Of a DNA stretch of 48,945 bases, positions 1-13,012 are shown piece by piece (position 1 is the stretch's first letter; every line of letters begins with the position of its first letter). The notes beneath the pieces were generated by a model. It was not told the origin of the DNA, did not search any database, and worked only from the letters and a program-made list of their open reading frames with translations. The stretch covers positions 62,001-110,945 of the forward strand of contig KZ538161.1 of NCBI GenBank assembly GCA_000934665.2, in the 5' to 3' direction. The stretch comes from Catajapyx aquilonaris. Its lineage: Eukaryota. Both the position numbers and the translations under genes were made by a program.

Positions 1-1523
1 ATTCCCCTGCAATTCTGAGTGTATTGGGCTGAATCATATGTATCTAACTATACGTAGAGTACGGCGGTCTCTTATCCGAGCCTCGTACTCTCTCGGACGA
101 GATAAGTCTAGGCGCTTAGAAACGTTTGAGCTGAAATCCCCGGGACTTGTTTGCTTAGCCCGCTGTGTCCTTGTTAGATTAGCTCTCGGGTAGTGCTAGT
201 GTTTCTGCGTATAGTCCAGCAGCTTGCAGCTAGCAGCCTATACACAGCAAAGAGAGAGAGGAAAATCAGGCTGGAACGAGCTAGAGAGGAAACCGAATCT
301 GTCTTATTGACAAAAGGAAGGCCAAACCACTTGCGATCTGTCACCCGACGGGACCCATTTTCCAATGTTTGATCTTAGCGGCACAATCTACTCGGCGGAG
401 CGTGCTCAATCATTCCATTGGGTCAATTTCGTGGGGCCTAATCCGTCCTGGGCCCAGGCAATCAACGGACCCATTCAAGATGGGGGGGGGAAAACGCGTT
501 TTCCAAGCCTAACCCCAAGGAAAGGACCCCATGATGCCTGCTTCATAGGGACGACTAGAAGGCAGGAAAAGGAAATAAGAAAAACCCGGGGCTAAAGGGA
601 ATTGCGATCCCGGATCCAATCCGGTCCAAGAACTGCTGTCCTTTGTTGTCACTCACAAACTTGCGGACTATAGACATTGGAGGAATTTCGGTTGCAGGAA
701 TTGGTTCGCCACCGTGAGAAATGTCACTCAATTTTGAATATTTATCCTCAACCGCTTCTGGGTGACAAACGACTTCCCATTTGACTTTTGAGTATATATC
801 AGTCGGTGAGCCCCAAAGACATCAGGGTGCGGCTCCGACATATAACGAATCAGTCGAAGCGGGTTCGAAGCCAATCATGCTGGGATAAATGCATCAGAAA
901 AGCTTTTTGGGGGGGAATGGGGGCCCATCCCATCCTACTATTGTTGACACCGGCCATTGTCGTTTGCGATGGCATTGTCAAGTTTTGCGTGAGTGAGCCA
1001 GTTTGGGTGGCGAGTGGCCACTCGATTCTAATGGCACATCACATGCATTAACCTATGTGGATACTATGTGCTTGTACTCACAACACAGCAGGCCAGGCAG
1101 GCAGTGTACTGGTCTGTAGCGTTTGTTTAGTATATTTGGAATTGAAGCAAAGCGGGGAGGGGCTTTTGTCCTTTGTGGGCTGCTGCCTCATTTCCAACAG
1201 CTTTTCAACTATGGCGTGCTTGCCTGTTGGTGCTTTCCCTGAAAACTATTCAAGATTCTTTTTTTTTCCGCGGGATGTGGTAGTGTGTGGAGGCCGATCA
1301 GGTGAAACTAATGGTGGCAAATATGGCAAATATTTGTTGACCAGGTATTTTCAGAACAAACGATGGTTCAAGTCAGCTGTGTGATAAAAATAGGTTTGTA
1401 AAAGACAATCTAACGTTAATACCTCAAATTATAATTGCTCAATTCTGCTTTTCTGATAACTCCACATTTCGGTAGCAGCTTTTTCCATGACATTGATTAA
1501 ACTAATAGTTCACTAATAGTCTA

Positions 1524-1609
1524 CAGTGAAACCTGTCTATGTTGGACACTGACGGTTCAAAAAAAAAATTGTCCAACATATTCGGGTGCCAACTTCACAG
1601 GTTTCATTT
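1524..1609. mobile_element. Short Tc1/mariner (pogo/Tigger-like) MITE or transposon end
   Basis: TA followed by CAGTGAAACCTGT at 1522-1536; reverse complement ACAGGTTTCA at 1597-1606; inner inverted pair TATGTTGGACA / TGTCCAACATA. The right terminus is degenerate. Confidence 0.5.
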
Positions 1610-4600
1610 TAATTTCAATATTAAATTAAAGGAATTGTTGAGATTGCTCTCATTCCTGATAATATTTTTTAAATGCAATCAGCAATAGTTAGATCTAAAA
1701 CATCGAACATGGATGCATTTTATTCCAGTCTGAGTAAAACAAAAATTAGTCAAAATTAACTCATTGTTTCATAATAATTTTGCTTCCAACAACACATTGG
1801 AAGAATTTGTATTCATTTTTGTCAAAGCTATACAGGGTACTTCCAAAATCATCAGTTCAATGGATTGTTTACATCAACAACCGGATGGATTTAAAAAGCA
1901 ACAGCTATTTTTCTACCCATTAAAAAAACCCTGAAAAGTGAACATGAGAGGTGCAATTTCCAGCATGAATTTCGACCGTATATAGCTTACGTTAAGCTAG
2001 TTACACATCTGCAGTGATTAGTACGGGGTTAATTATTTGTACTGCTCTTGCCTACAGTAAATGGGTGTGGGTGCTCTGTATGGGCAAGTGATGACTACTG
2101 ATTCTGTTTAATATTTGGGGATTGCGGGTTTTTTCGACTCTGCTTGTTGGGCATAGTGGCGCAGGAAACCTCTCCCAAATGCGATGGATGCTGCGAGCCT
2201 CCAGAGTGCTCAAATCCTTTCATAGATACACAAAATAAAAAAAAGCTAAACTTGTTAGCCAATGCTCGCATCATTTTACTGCCATTTCAGTTTTAAATTT
2301 ACATTTATGTTACGTTTTAGCATTATGATCGAAGCATTTCGCACAATTCCCACGCCTATCCACAGTAGCCGTTGAACTCCTACAAAATATCATGCGAAAT
2401 TCTTGATTTATTCTCTCCCCCCCCCCCCCTCTCTCTCTCTCTCTCTCTTTTCCTTTTGACACACAAAATGTCCCCCTCTCTGTGTCCAGCCCCGTTTTGT
2501 ATATGGGTTTTTGGGTAAGGGGAAGGCACGTGGCTCATGCTCGTGGACTGTCATGTTCACCATGATTTATGCAAGCGTTTTTGGAGGCCATTTAGCAGGC
2601 CCATGGGTGGCCTGCTAAGGGCGGCTCGCGCGTTAATGATGGACGACAGGCCCATGCTGGGAAGGTTCTAGGCATTATTTTTTTTTCGAGAGTAAAAAAA
2701 AAAACCCTGTACACAACCCAAACCCAAAAGGTGGGTGGTACCCTGCTTTGGTGTGGTCGTTGTGATTAGAATGCCAGCCCCTCTGCGCAAATGTTTTCTG
2801 ATAAATTCAAGCCTTTCATTTCAGGTGGGGGCTCATTTTGTCACTGGCCGTGTGTGTGTGTCCCCCTACCCATGTTTTTCCGATTGTTGCTTTCCCCCGC
2901 AATTGTGGGCGCGACAATGGTCATGCAATTGGCGATGAATGGACCACCTGCTGTCTGGAATAAGCTATTCCAGTTTGTAATTTGCGCCGCCCCCGTGAAA
3001 GGTTCGCTGGCGGAAAAGCCGCCCTCATCAAAACAACATGCGACACATACAGGTTAGTCGCGCTACGCTAGAGAACTTTGATCATACAATGGCAAATGTC
3101 AACCGCAGCGTTTTGTGTGGATGGGTCTGGATGTGTTTTGTATTTTTCTGGGGCTCTTTTTTTATTTGGCTGAGTCCGACAAGAGGACCATGGATGCTGC
3201 GGATGTGAATCAAGACTCAATGTCTCGGGAGTAACGAAAGCAATAGGCCGTGGAGATAATGATTGTGCGGGATGATACACTGATGGCCACAAAACATCTA
3301 TAGTGGGGGCCCAATGTCGATGTCCTCTCCTTTCTCAGAATGGACAATGAACATTGATGCCATGAACCACGTTTGTCGGAAAAAAACGGAATTGGACCAA
3401 CAAAATTGGTCTAATGTGAAGCTGCTGAGAAGCAACAAACGATTGGTCTGAGACTCTGAGAGCCATGCGCAACGTCGTTTTGAGCCTTGCCTTTTGCACC
3501 CTGAAACGGTCGACACAAGCTCGTATTGTGGATCAATCCAGGACATAAAAGACAATGACATTGCGCCATAAAAAAGAGGAGTGGGTTAGTGGGATAAGAG
3601 ACTAGAAGCAAAACACATTTCGCCAACTTTCGCCCCATTTGTTTTGCTTCCATGCTTGATTCATACTTTATGATATTTAAGGCAGTGTATAGCACTCAAA
3701 TACATTACTTTTAATCACATTTGAATTCACCCCCGAGCAGAAACAGAAAATTGGCAGATGCTGATAGCAAAATCATACAGTGGATAATATTACACTTGAA
3801 AAGGGTTTTTTTTTTTACTGCACAATGTACGGATGGACAGAGATAGAGCTATATAAAAACTCAATTAAAAGCTTGCCAAAGCTTACGGTTACCACACCTG
3901 ACTTAAGCCCCGTTGTCGAATCCATAGGGGCGGAAACTTCTTGGAGGACCTTCCATTATGTCCTCTCAAAATCCCTGCCGCCCGATATTAATAGGCTCAG
4001 TTCCACAGTCCAGGCGATGATTAATCCCAGAAGCTTTGTTCCACTTAATCTAGTGGAGAGAGAGAACCCCGAGAGAGGGAGGGTTTGTGCTGGAGAGAGA
4101 ACAGAGGGAGGGGGGGTTTTTGGGTTCATTCTTCTCTCCCTGTTGGGTCCTCCATCTCTCATTTTGGAACTAGGAAGACGACCTGATGATGGACAAGCTT
4201 GCTAGACAGGGAGAGAGAGAGGGGCTTATTTGAGTAAGAAAAAGATTCTCCCTTTGTGAATGTAACGAACGAATTGGTTCCTTTGTGCCTTGTGTTTGAG
4301 AGATGTCATTTCAGATAGAAAGTGAAATGGAGAGGATTTCTTTTTTTTTGTACCGGTTTTCTATACTTATCAAGTTTTAAAACCAGATTCTTTGTACACT
4401 GATGGTTGGTTCTCCAGATTACTGCTAGTTACAGCTGGAGTCGGTTGCACAGCATCAGGCGTTAGTGACCAATCCGTTAAGTCTGTGGGGGTTTTCCACC
4501 GTCGAAAGACGCTTCTTGCAGATAGGGGCCTTCGGACTAGGGGATTAGGCCCGAAGGAAGCTGGATGGGCTCCAGCGGCACAGCATCCCCATCCTTCCTT

Positions 4601-5425
4601 CCCTTCCCTCTTCCCTGCCACTGCTGCATGCCGTCCTATCCCATCGGATCCCCCATCCCAGCACCCCTTTCCATCTCCTTGCTTCGTTGCGCCCATTATG
4701 GCAAGACTTGGCCTCTAATCCAGCGTGAAGTTGCCAACTGAGTAGCCGAGGGAAAAATATGGGAACCGGGCCACATGCTCCTTCCTCAGTTGAGCTTACT
4801 CAGGAAGCTCCTGCATTTCTACGGCTGCTTGAGAGACACGACTCAAACGTCTATATCGTTATTCCCATTATTACGCATAAGAATGAGGAAGAAACACTGC
4901 TAATTTTCATTATGTTACTTGTAGCAGCTACTTAGGCCGAAAAAAGCAGTTATTAGAACAAGATGCTACTTAAAATCACTGCTAGAGCAGGGCCGAAAAT
5001 AACTAAGTAATGGGAATTTGCTTAATGTAGCCTAATTTCTGCATAAGTCCTTCTAGAAACTTCTTGGGCCGAAAAAATCAGTTATATAAACAAGCAGCTA
5101 CTTAAAATCACTACTAGAGTATGGCCGAAAATAGATGAGTACTGAAAACTATCCGAATTTAGCCGAATTTATGCAGATTTTCCGGGCCTATAGTGATATT
5201 CGACACTTATTAACAGCTGGATGGTCCGGAAGAAGGCGAAATCATCCAAACCCACTATTGTGGAACCCAAAGTGACATATCTGGGAGGGGGGGATGCGGA
5301 GTGATGCTGCGGTAACGCACGCGCCAACGGATGTTAAGGTCCCGGGTTCGATCCCAGCACGGGGTTCCCCCCCCCCCCCCCCCCCCCCCCCCCCTCTCTT
5401 CTCCCCCCCCCCCCCCCCCCCCCCC

Positions 5426-5579
5426 NNNNNNNNNNNNNNNNNNNNNNNNNNNNNNNNNNNNNNNNNNNNNNNNNNNNNNNNNNNNNNNNNNNNNNNNNNN
5501 NNNNNNNNNNNNNNNNNNNNNNNNNNNNNNNNNNNNNNNNNNNNNNNNNNNNNNNNNNNNNNNNNNNNNNNNNNNNNNN
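5426..5579. other. Assembly gap flanked by poly-C
   Basis: Run of N between C homopolymers. Confidence 0.99.
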
Positions 5580-5632
5580 CCCCCCCCCCCCCCCCCTAAG
5601 AGGGCCGTAAGGCCCTAGCACGGGGTATTTAA

Positions 5633-5787
5633 CCCTGTAATGCCCCTTGGGTAATATCTGGCACACCATTTAGTGCAATTTGGCACTTACAGGAAATATA
5701 AAAATGGCAAAAGTTGCAAAAATTGCACTAAATGGTGTGCCAGATATGACCCAGTGGGCATTACTTAGATTAGTGGGCATTACAGGG
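5633..5787. mobile_element. piggyBac-type MITE, 155 bp, copy 1
   Basis: TTAA at 5629-5632 and 5788-5791; terminal inverted repeats (TIRs) CCCTGTAATGCCC / GGGCATTACAGGG; internal inverted repeat TCTGGCACACCATTTAGTGCAATTT; near-identical to 29151-29305. Confidence 0.92.
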
Positions 5788-8700
5788 TTAAAAAAAGTGA
5801 GATATATGGCCGAATATCCAGTTCTTATAACAAGAAGCTACCTAAAATCACTGCTACAGTGGGGGCGAAAATAATTGAGTACTGAAAATTAGCCTAATAT
5901 AGTCAAATTTCTGAGCAAGTTCATATTTTCCTGGCCTATAGTGAGATTTTACACTGATTAACCAGCTGGATCTGAGCTGGATGGTCCGGATGGGGCTAAA
6001 TCGCATCAAAGCTATTGTGGAGCCCAAAGTGACATACCGGGACGAAAAAAACAGTTCTTGGAACAAGCAGCTACTTAAAATTATTGCTAGAGTAGGGCTG
6101 AAAGTAACCGAGTACTGAAAACTATCCGGAGTTAGCCGAATATCTGCAGATTTTCCGGGCCTATAGTGAGATTTGACACTGATTAACCAGCTGATGGTCC
6201 GGAGGAGGCCAAATCGCCAAAGCCCAATTGTGGAGCCCAAAGTGACATACCGGGACGAAAAAAAAAAACAGTTCTTGGAACAAGCAGCTACTTAAAATTA
6301 TTGCTAGAGCAGGGCCGCTGAAAGTAACCGAGTATACTGGAAATTACTGAATTTAGCCGAATTTCTGCACAAGTCCATATTTTCCGGGCCTATAATGAGA
6401 TTTGACACTGATTAACCAGCTGGATGGTCCGGAGGCGGCGAAATCATCAAAGCCCACTATTGTGGCGCCCAAAGTGACATACCGGTACTGTATGGGCTCG
6501 AGGCCCACATATTGGCGCTGCTACATATGGGTGATTGGGAGGGTCCGGGTGCAAACAGTCGCGGTTGCTACATTAACTCGGGGCAAAAGCAGACCCCCCT
6601 TCAAACCACCATCATGCCCACCTCCCCCTTCAGGCCCCCAAAAAAATTTTTTTTCGCAATTTTGCGGAGGGTTCCCCCCTACCCATCCCACAGCCGATTG
6701 TCATGCCGGAAGCGCGTTTTGAAGGCGGACAAGAATGGTTTCTCATATGCAAAAACTGTAAATGTGCGGGGAACAATAATAATCCGATTGGTAGGCTGGG
6801 CTGGATGTGGGGTGGCCAATCAGAGGGGTGCGAACCAGCCAACCGGAAGCCCATTCTTCATCCAACTCTGGTCCAAATTAGCATGGCGATATATATAGCC
6901 CTACAGCATATATGTAGAGGATTCAAGATCGTTGCAGCTTGCCTGTACCCGCTGTTATTATTATTCTACAAGCAGCTGCCAGGAACTGGCCCCCCCTAAC
7001 AATAACGGTTTTTACAAAAAAAAAAAAAAAAGCCGTGATGTAACAATTGACGATTTAATCAAGCTTTAATTAAGTCCAATTTTGCGGGGAAGAATAATTG
7101 ACTCCAGGAAAAGCTCAAAATTTGACTGCTGCCAGGCCCCCTGTAAGTTCCATCAACACATGCTGCAAAATAACCGACTTGGTAATGATATTTCCACAGC
7201 GTACAAGTGGCCATCCACCGTGAGTAATTTTCCATTAGCATTACAATCGCTCATTGTGATTCAGGGAATCGGAGGAAATAACAATAAAAATGGAGAGAGA
7301 CGAACTGCGGAGATGAAGAAGCCTGAGAGAGAAAGGACATGTATATTATGGGTTGAGGGGAGAGAAAAAAAAAATTATAATGATAGTGAAATCTATATGC
7401 ATAAAGTGTCAATGTGGTGGAAGTGATATAAATATACACATTTTTTTGTATTATCATGCAAAAATGTGTCTGGGGATGCATAAAAATCTATTGTTGATCA
7501 TTTTTTATATGAGTCTGAACCCACCCTTCAAAGTCTCAATTATCTACGGAAGTTGGAATATGGTTATGGCGCCCTCGTTCCTCATTTTTGAATCACAAAT
7601 TGTGTGACGTTATGTGACGGTTTTTTAGATTTATGATTGAGCCATAAACACCGATATTTTTTTTAAAAAAAAGAAGCGACAAATGATGCAGTGTTATGGT
7701 GCATTATGCATCATCATTGGATTTAATGACTTTTTGGTCTCATTGACATGCAATGAGATTCGGGCCATTTTACACAAAATTCCCTCCAGTAACATTAATT
7801 TTATAATAAAATATTCCCGCATGTGAATTCGCGGTCCTTGGTGGTTTTAACGAGCAAATAATGCACTTTAAATGCTTGTTATATGGCGATGGTCACAAAA
7901 TTTCAGGATGACCTTACTGAATTTTATATATAAAATTTTGTCAAATCCTACAAACTCATTTTAGTAGCTTACATCACAATTCAAATCTTCTTATACAACA
8001 TTCCCAAAATGATCGCATTTCGTACGTTGATATGATGTCAGCCACAGCTAACCAAGTATTTTATCTCATATCGGATCATTGCCATTTCCAAACGCAATTG
8101 GTGCCTCTAATGAGACTTGTCATGATGAAAAGGCCTGTTTTCTCTGTCGGAAGCCACATTGATCACTATCAGGAATCGACTCTGAGGCCGCTTATTAAAT
8201 ATCACTGATCTCGTTAACGGTGACGCTGGCGAGATGGTCAGCACCTACAAACATTCATCATATATCTGCAGGCTGGTCGGTTGGAAACAATAGTAAAATC
8301 GTTACTTGGATATTTTTTTTGCGAACCCAACTTTTGTGCTAATTTCTCGCTAATTACGTCATTCTTTTTACAGAATCTGTCTAAATTGGGGGGTGCTTCG
8401 TTGCAAACGGTTCTTAAGCTCATTAATTTTTTTGTTAACTTTTTGGTGAAAAGAAAGAGAGCCGGGTTCCTTCCTTCCGGATCTGAAGCGAGGGTTAAAT
8501 GAAGCATGTTTGCAGCTACACTTTCTTGGCAAAATGTGCAGCTCTCTGCAAGGGATAGATTAGGTGGAAATATAATTCTTGCTATTTCCAAGCCTCTTTT
8601 CTCTCTTTATATATATATCCATCCGCCCCCTCTCAACGTCGAAACTCAATCTCCATCGCGGTTCCGCACTGCGGATTAATAAAATCCTCTCGCTGTTGGC

Positions 8701-9582
8701 TTTATTGTAGATCCATTTAGCACAAATGAAGTTAACTCTTGGGTTTTGTCCCCAGCATTTATAATAAGATTTGGAGGAAAATTGCGTTATTTCGGCTCGA
8801 CTTGGTGTACTTGCCGGGGACGCGCACTGGTAAGTACATATAATCATTTTACGAAACAATTTGGGCAGCTAGTGAAGCACGAGGGGCGATCTATAAATTT
8901 ATGGGGGATAATGCGGGTTCCCCGCAGGCATTGGGCCGTAATCGAGCTCAGCTCCGGGCCTGCAACACATCCTGAATCCCCAATAGGTTGCTTCAGAACT
9001 AACTTCCAAAAAAAAAAAAAAGTCAAAAAAAATTTGAAGTGCGTGAATCATCACGTAATGATCACATACTTGCAACCCCTTTTTCTTTAATCCTGATGAT
9101 GAGATGCGTGACACGTTGCGGAAAATGTGTTCATGCAAAGTTTCCAGGGAGATCTGTTTTTAACGATTGTTATATGTAAAAAAAGTTTGGTGGGGAGGAA
9201 CTAGGGGGGGGGGTTCATCAGAGACACACAAAATGAGGCTCATTTTCATTGTGTTGGGGAGGAAAAGGAACCTCACGCAACTTAAATTGAGGTATGATGG
9301 TGAATCAGACGACTTTGCCTTTGTTGTCCCAAAAGGAGAGGGGATACAAAATTTTGGGAAGTGAAATCACGTTCCATGACTTCATCGGTTCGAGGGTAGA
9401 CCAATTGGGGGTGGACGTGTCGGCAAATACAACGGAGGAGATGGGTACACTTTGAGTCATTTATCTTCTCAGTATGAAGGTAATGCGGTTTTACCTTATA
9501 AATTAATTGAATATTTCAACTCACACTCAATTTTAGATCACTCAACTCTAATAAGTTATTTTTCATAAACCACCAAGTACCA

Positions 9583-9880
9583 TGCAAATCTGTAGTAATT
9601 AGTAGTACGGTAGTGGTAGTAGTAGTAGTAGTAGTAGTAGTAGTGCATTATTGTATGCATTTGCCAACTTAAAACTGTGATACAGGTGAATAATAATTCC
9701 CTTTATTCATTTTAATGCATAAATATATGGATTCAGTGCATTTTAAATTCACATAATTATTATTTAATTTATAAGTTCAAATATGTGAATAAATGCACTA
9801 AATGCATATATTTATGCATTAAAATGAAGAAAGGGAAATATTTTTCACCTATTACAAGTTGGCAAGTGCAAAAGATAATG

Positions 9881-9928
<48 letters not shown>

Positions 9929-9952
9929 AACTACTACTACAACTGATTTTCA
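9583..9952. repeat. AT-rich foldback with (TAG)n / (CTA)n outer arms
   Basis: (TAG)n at ~9600-9643 mirrors (CTA)n at ~9881-9940. Inner arms pair, e.g. TTGCCAACTT / AAGTTGGCAA and TTCATTTTAATGCATAAATATATG / CATATATTTATGCATTAAAATGAA. Spacer is about 25 nt. Confidence 0.9.
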
Positions 9953-12660
9953 GGATATTTGGTAGTTTACTATGAAAAATACACCTATTTGGAGTTGCAT
10001 GATCAAAAATGGTGAATGGTGAATTTCAAGGTGAAAAATTGCTGAAAATGTTTTAAAGCTGCTAATACACAGTTCTATAGGGTGAGAGGAAGGTGACTTC
10101 AGACACTTGTGAGCAACAACAAAATAATAAAGCACCAAAATCTAATCTGCACTGTTCACATCCGAAAGGTCGTAAAGCCCCGAGCAAAAGGGAGCAGTTT
10201 GTGTATTAATATGATAACAATGATGAAGGTCCTTATCTGAAATGAGCAGGGGACCTATTGAAGAGGGAGGGGGCAAATGGTTATATAGGAGGGGTTCATG
10301 GAGGGAGAGAGACTGTGGGACAAAAAATCTTTTTTTTTTCCGCAGGCAATGTTGCCATTGGTTGTTTTGTTGTCCTTGCTCGATATTGCCGTTTGATGAT
10401 GATGTTTTCATGTCTTGTCACTCCAGCTTTTCCCCTCCTTTTGTTGTTCAATTTGCGTGTTTATACTGATGGCATATTGCATAGCTGGAGTGACTTAATT
10501 TAGACGAATCGTACATATTGTATTCATACATTTGCGATGGAGTGAAACGCAATGCTCAACTGGCAGGGGCCTGACATTCGGTCAATGTTTGTACAAGACA
10601 TAGTTCCAGGCCATCAAATATGCACATTGCCAAACCAATCATATAAACTGCAGCTGAACCGGAAACTAAAAGCTGAGCCGAAATTTTTGTTTAGATATGT
10701 CAGTAATGGGGCAGCGGCGTTTATTACAACAATATAGGAGATCAATCAAGCGTTTGCCTTAGGTGTATGAAGAGTATATACGCTCACATTACAATATTGT
10801 GAAGCCTGTTGGACAAGTTGCCATGTCGCGAATGATTTTTTTGATCACTTCTGAGTCAGGTCAACCGAACATTGTTACACGACATTTCACTTACACTTTG
10901 TCTTCTGGGGGTGCGCGACAAAAAGTTCATTGCATCCGGCTCAAAAACAAAGGCATTTCTTAGCTTTTTGATCCCTCCTCGCCATTCTTTGAGGGGGCAG
11001 TTGGTTGCAATATCCGCTGCGTCACGAAGCGTATTAATTTGCGTCGTAATATGGCGAAAAAGAGAGGGCACCCTCCGACGTCGGGTGGCGGCTGCGGCGC
11101 CTGGTGACGCAGAATGCCACGTGACCACTCCTTTGACTTCCAAGTGCCGCCACGTGGCTTGGGTAATTGCGACAAGGGGGTTCCATACTATTGGCTTGGA
11201 TATCACTCCCCGTCTGCACCTACATAAATCAAATGGCGGCTAAATGAAGTTGTTATCCCGGCTGGTGCTTGCCCGGAGATCCGCGAGAGGGGTGGGGCAT
11301 ACTTTTCCGGGCCGATTCCTCGCCTCAAAGCCTCATCCGACGTATATTAACATACGGGACATCAAATAGCAGGGTGACGAGAGATATGGGGCCCCGGGAG
11401 AAACATGACACGCGATTTTTTGCGCGCCTTTTATGCCGCACAATGGCGGGTCGTCGAGGGCGACGTTGCGCTAAATTCGGAATTTGACCGGTAGATGACG
11501 TCATGCAGATGGCGCCTCTAGTTCGACCGTCTGCCGTCAGAGCGTCGCTACTTGTGCCGTTGTAGCAATTAGTTTGGTGACTCAATAACGAGCAGTGCAA
11601 GAGTGGCACTTGACGGGGGTGGGCTTATTGACATGACAACTCTCAGGTTCGCTTAGAGGCTCATTAAGTGGCCGTTAAATCCTCCCCACCTGACAGATAT
11701 ATGGGTTCCGAATTTGTCGTGCGGGAAATTAGTTTTCAATAGGTTCAGAGAGGGGGATAGGGGGGTTGCACCCTTCCCCAATTTGGCAGTGGGGTAGAAA
11801 TGAAGGTTTCTCGGTGACCAGTTGCAAACCATGGGGGTTCACCTGTAACCCGGGTAAGGTCACTCTCACCATGAATCCATTCATGGCGTGCTTGATGTGG
11901 CGATGGATAATTTCTTAGGAGTTCTATACAACCTGCTTATCATGACAGCATGCAAATTACTCAGGTTACTTTTCCTTTTTCCATATAATTTTTTTTCCAG
12001 GTAAATACGTAGAGTTGACGACAGTGTATGAGACGGACGAGGGTCACATTTGTTGTGATCCGTCTCTCCGCCCGCTCGTTAATAATGTGACAAGCCAGGA
12101 CCCGCCGCGGTGCGTCCGCCTTCAGAAAAAAAAAGGTTCCCTAGATTTCTGGAAGGCATTTTGGTTAGGAGACATATTATATAGCATGCAGGTCCGAAGA
12201 CAGCTGAGCACACCACCACCCCCCTCTTCCATTTCACACACGGGTGCTCCGGCGCAAAATGGGCGGTGATGGGTGCTCCGGGGTGCCTTTGGCGGCGAGG
12301 TGCGCCCGTCGGATCCCATCTCCTTCCGCTGCCTGCACCCACGTATATACACCCCAGCTAGGGATAGAGCCGGGAGACATTTTCGAGGGGGGGGGGGGGG
12401 GTNGGGGTGTATAAGGCACCCACCCACCCACTTTGAAGCAGCCAGCACGAGGCGGTCGGCTCAAAGGAGCAGCCCTGGGGAAAGCCGCAAACACCAGAGG
12501 GCACCTGCCTGGCCCCACCAGCACAAGCCTAATCTGCACCGCCAACATGCCCAGCACCGCAGCACTACAGGGTGATTCGTAATCGTGCCAACGGGGCTTT
12601 ATACGAGGGAGATGACCCATGGAAACAAACCATAACGGAACCCCGCAGAATTTGTTTGTA

Positions 12661-13012
12661 AACAAGATTGGCAAATCATGCGAGCGTGATTCGAGTAGAC
12701 TTTTTTTTCTAATTAGGCAGTGGGGAATATATTTGTGAGCGGAATGACACGATGCGATTCTAATTCGACAACAATGACACAGAATGTTGTCAGTCTCATT
12801 TCCTGTTGCCATCAAGCAACCCAAGGAAATTATTTCTAAAATCGTGTAGACTTTGGCAGATAGAGTGAACCCGGAATACCGGAAGTTGGTCATGCTTAAT
12901 TAGAATCTGAAATATTGTCGCTGTTTCTTGCGGTTTAGGCCCTGATACCTGTCCACAGACAGACGGACAGAGCCGTTATATGAATCCTATTTTCACGAGA
13001 AAGAAGTATAAA
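12661..13012 (-). mobile_element. DINE-1/Helentron-like non-autonomous element (HINE), copy 1
   Basis: Minus strand starts TTTATACTTCTTTCTC, has a GTCC/GTCT microsatellite then GGACAGGTATCAGGGCCTAAACCGCAAGA, and ends GAATCACGCTCGCATGATTTGCCAATCTTGTT. Homologous to 18636-18886 and 45107-45458. Confidence 0.8.

Larger units (their letters stand above)
5281..5793 (+). mobile_element. tRNA-derived SINE, copy 1 (body largely in an assembly gap; MITE in its A-tail)
   Basis: Head CTGGGAGG...GCTGCGGTAACG...GGATGTTAAGGTCCCGGGTTCGATCCC matches the copy at 47533-47860 (B box 5345-5355). The 3' end CACGGGGTATTT plus A-run matches that copy's CACGGGGTACTTC plus A-run. TSD AAAGTGACATAT (5269-5280) / AAAGTGAGATAT (5794-5805). 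Confidence 0.82.
4933..6484. repeat. Tandem array of ~215-235-bp units (about 4-5 units), interrupted by a SINE
   Basis: An AACAAGCAGCTACTTAAAAT-like anchor recurs at about 4957, 5089, 5829, 6062 and 6279. The block TTTTCCGGGCCTATAGTGAGAT...CAGCTGGATGGTCCGGA...CCCAAAGTGACATA recurs four times. Confidence 0.9.

Noticed and set aside
5294..5669. Poly-Pro/poly-Gly ORFs sharing DVKVPGSIP with 47616-47948
   Set aside because: They are translations of the SINE head, poly-C and an N gap.
11685..11750. CCGAATTTGT resembling the 3' half of miR-10; similar partial matches to miR-133 (~34334) and miR-263/183 (~30712)
   Set aside because: Matches are only partial and I could not pair a convincing precursor hairpin.
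12234..12893. Longest ORF (219 aa, minus strand)
   Set aside because: It starts inside a non-coding HINE copy, crosses a homopolymer with an N, and has no recognisable domain.
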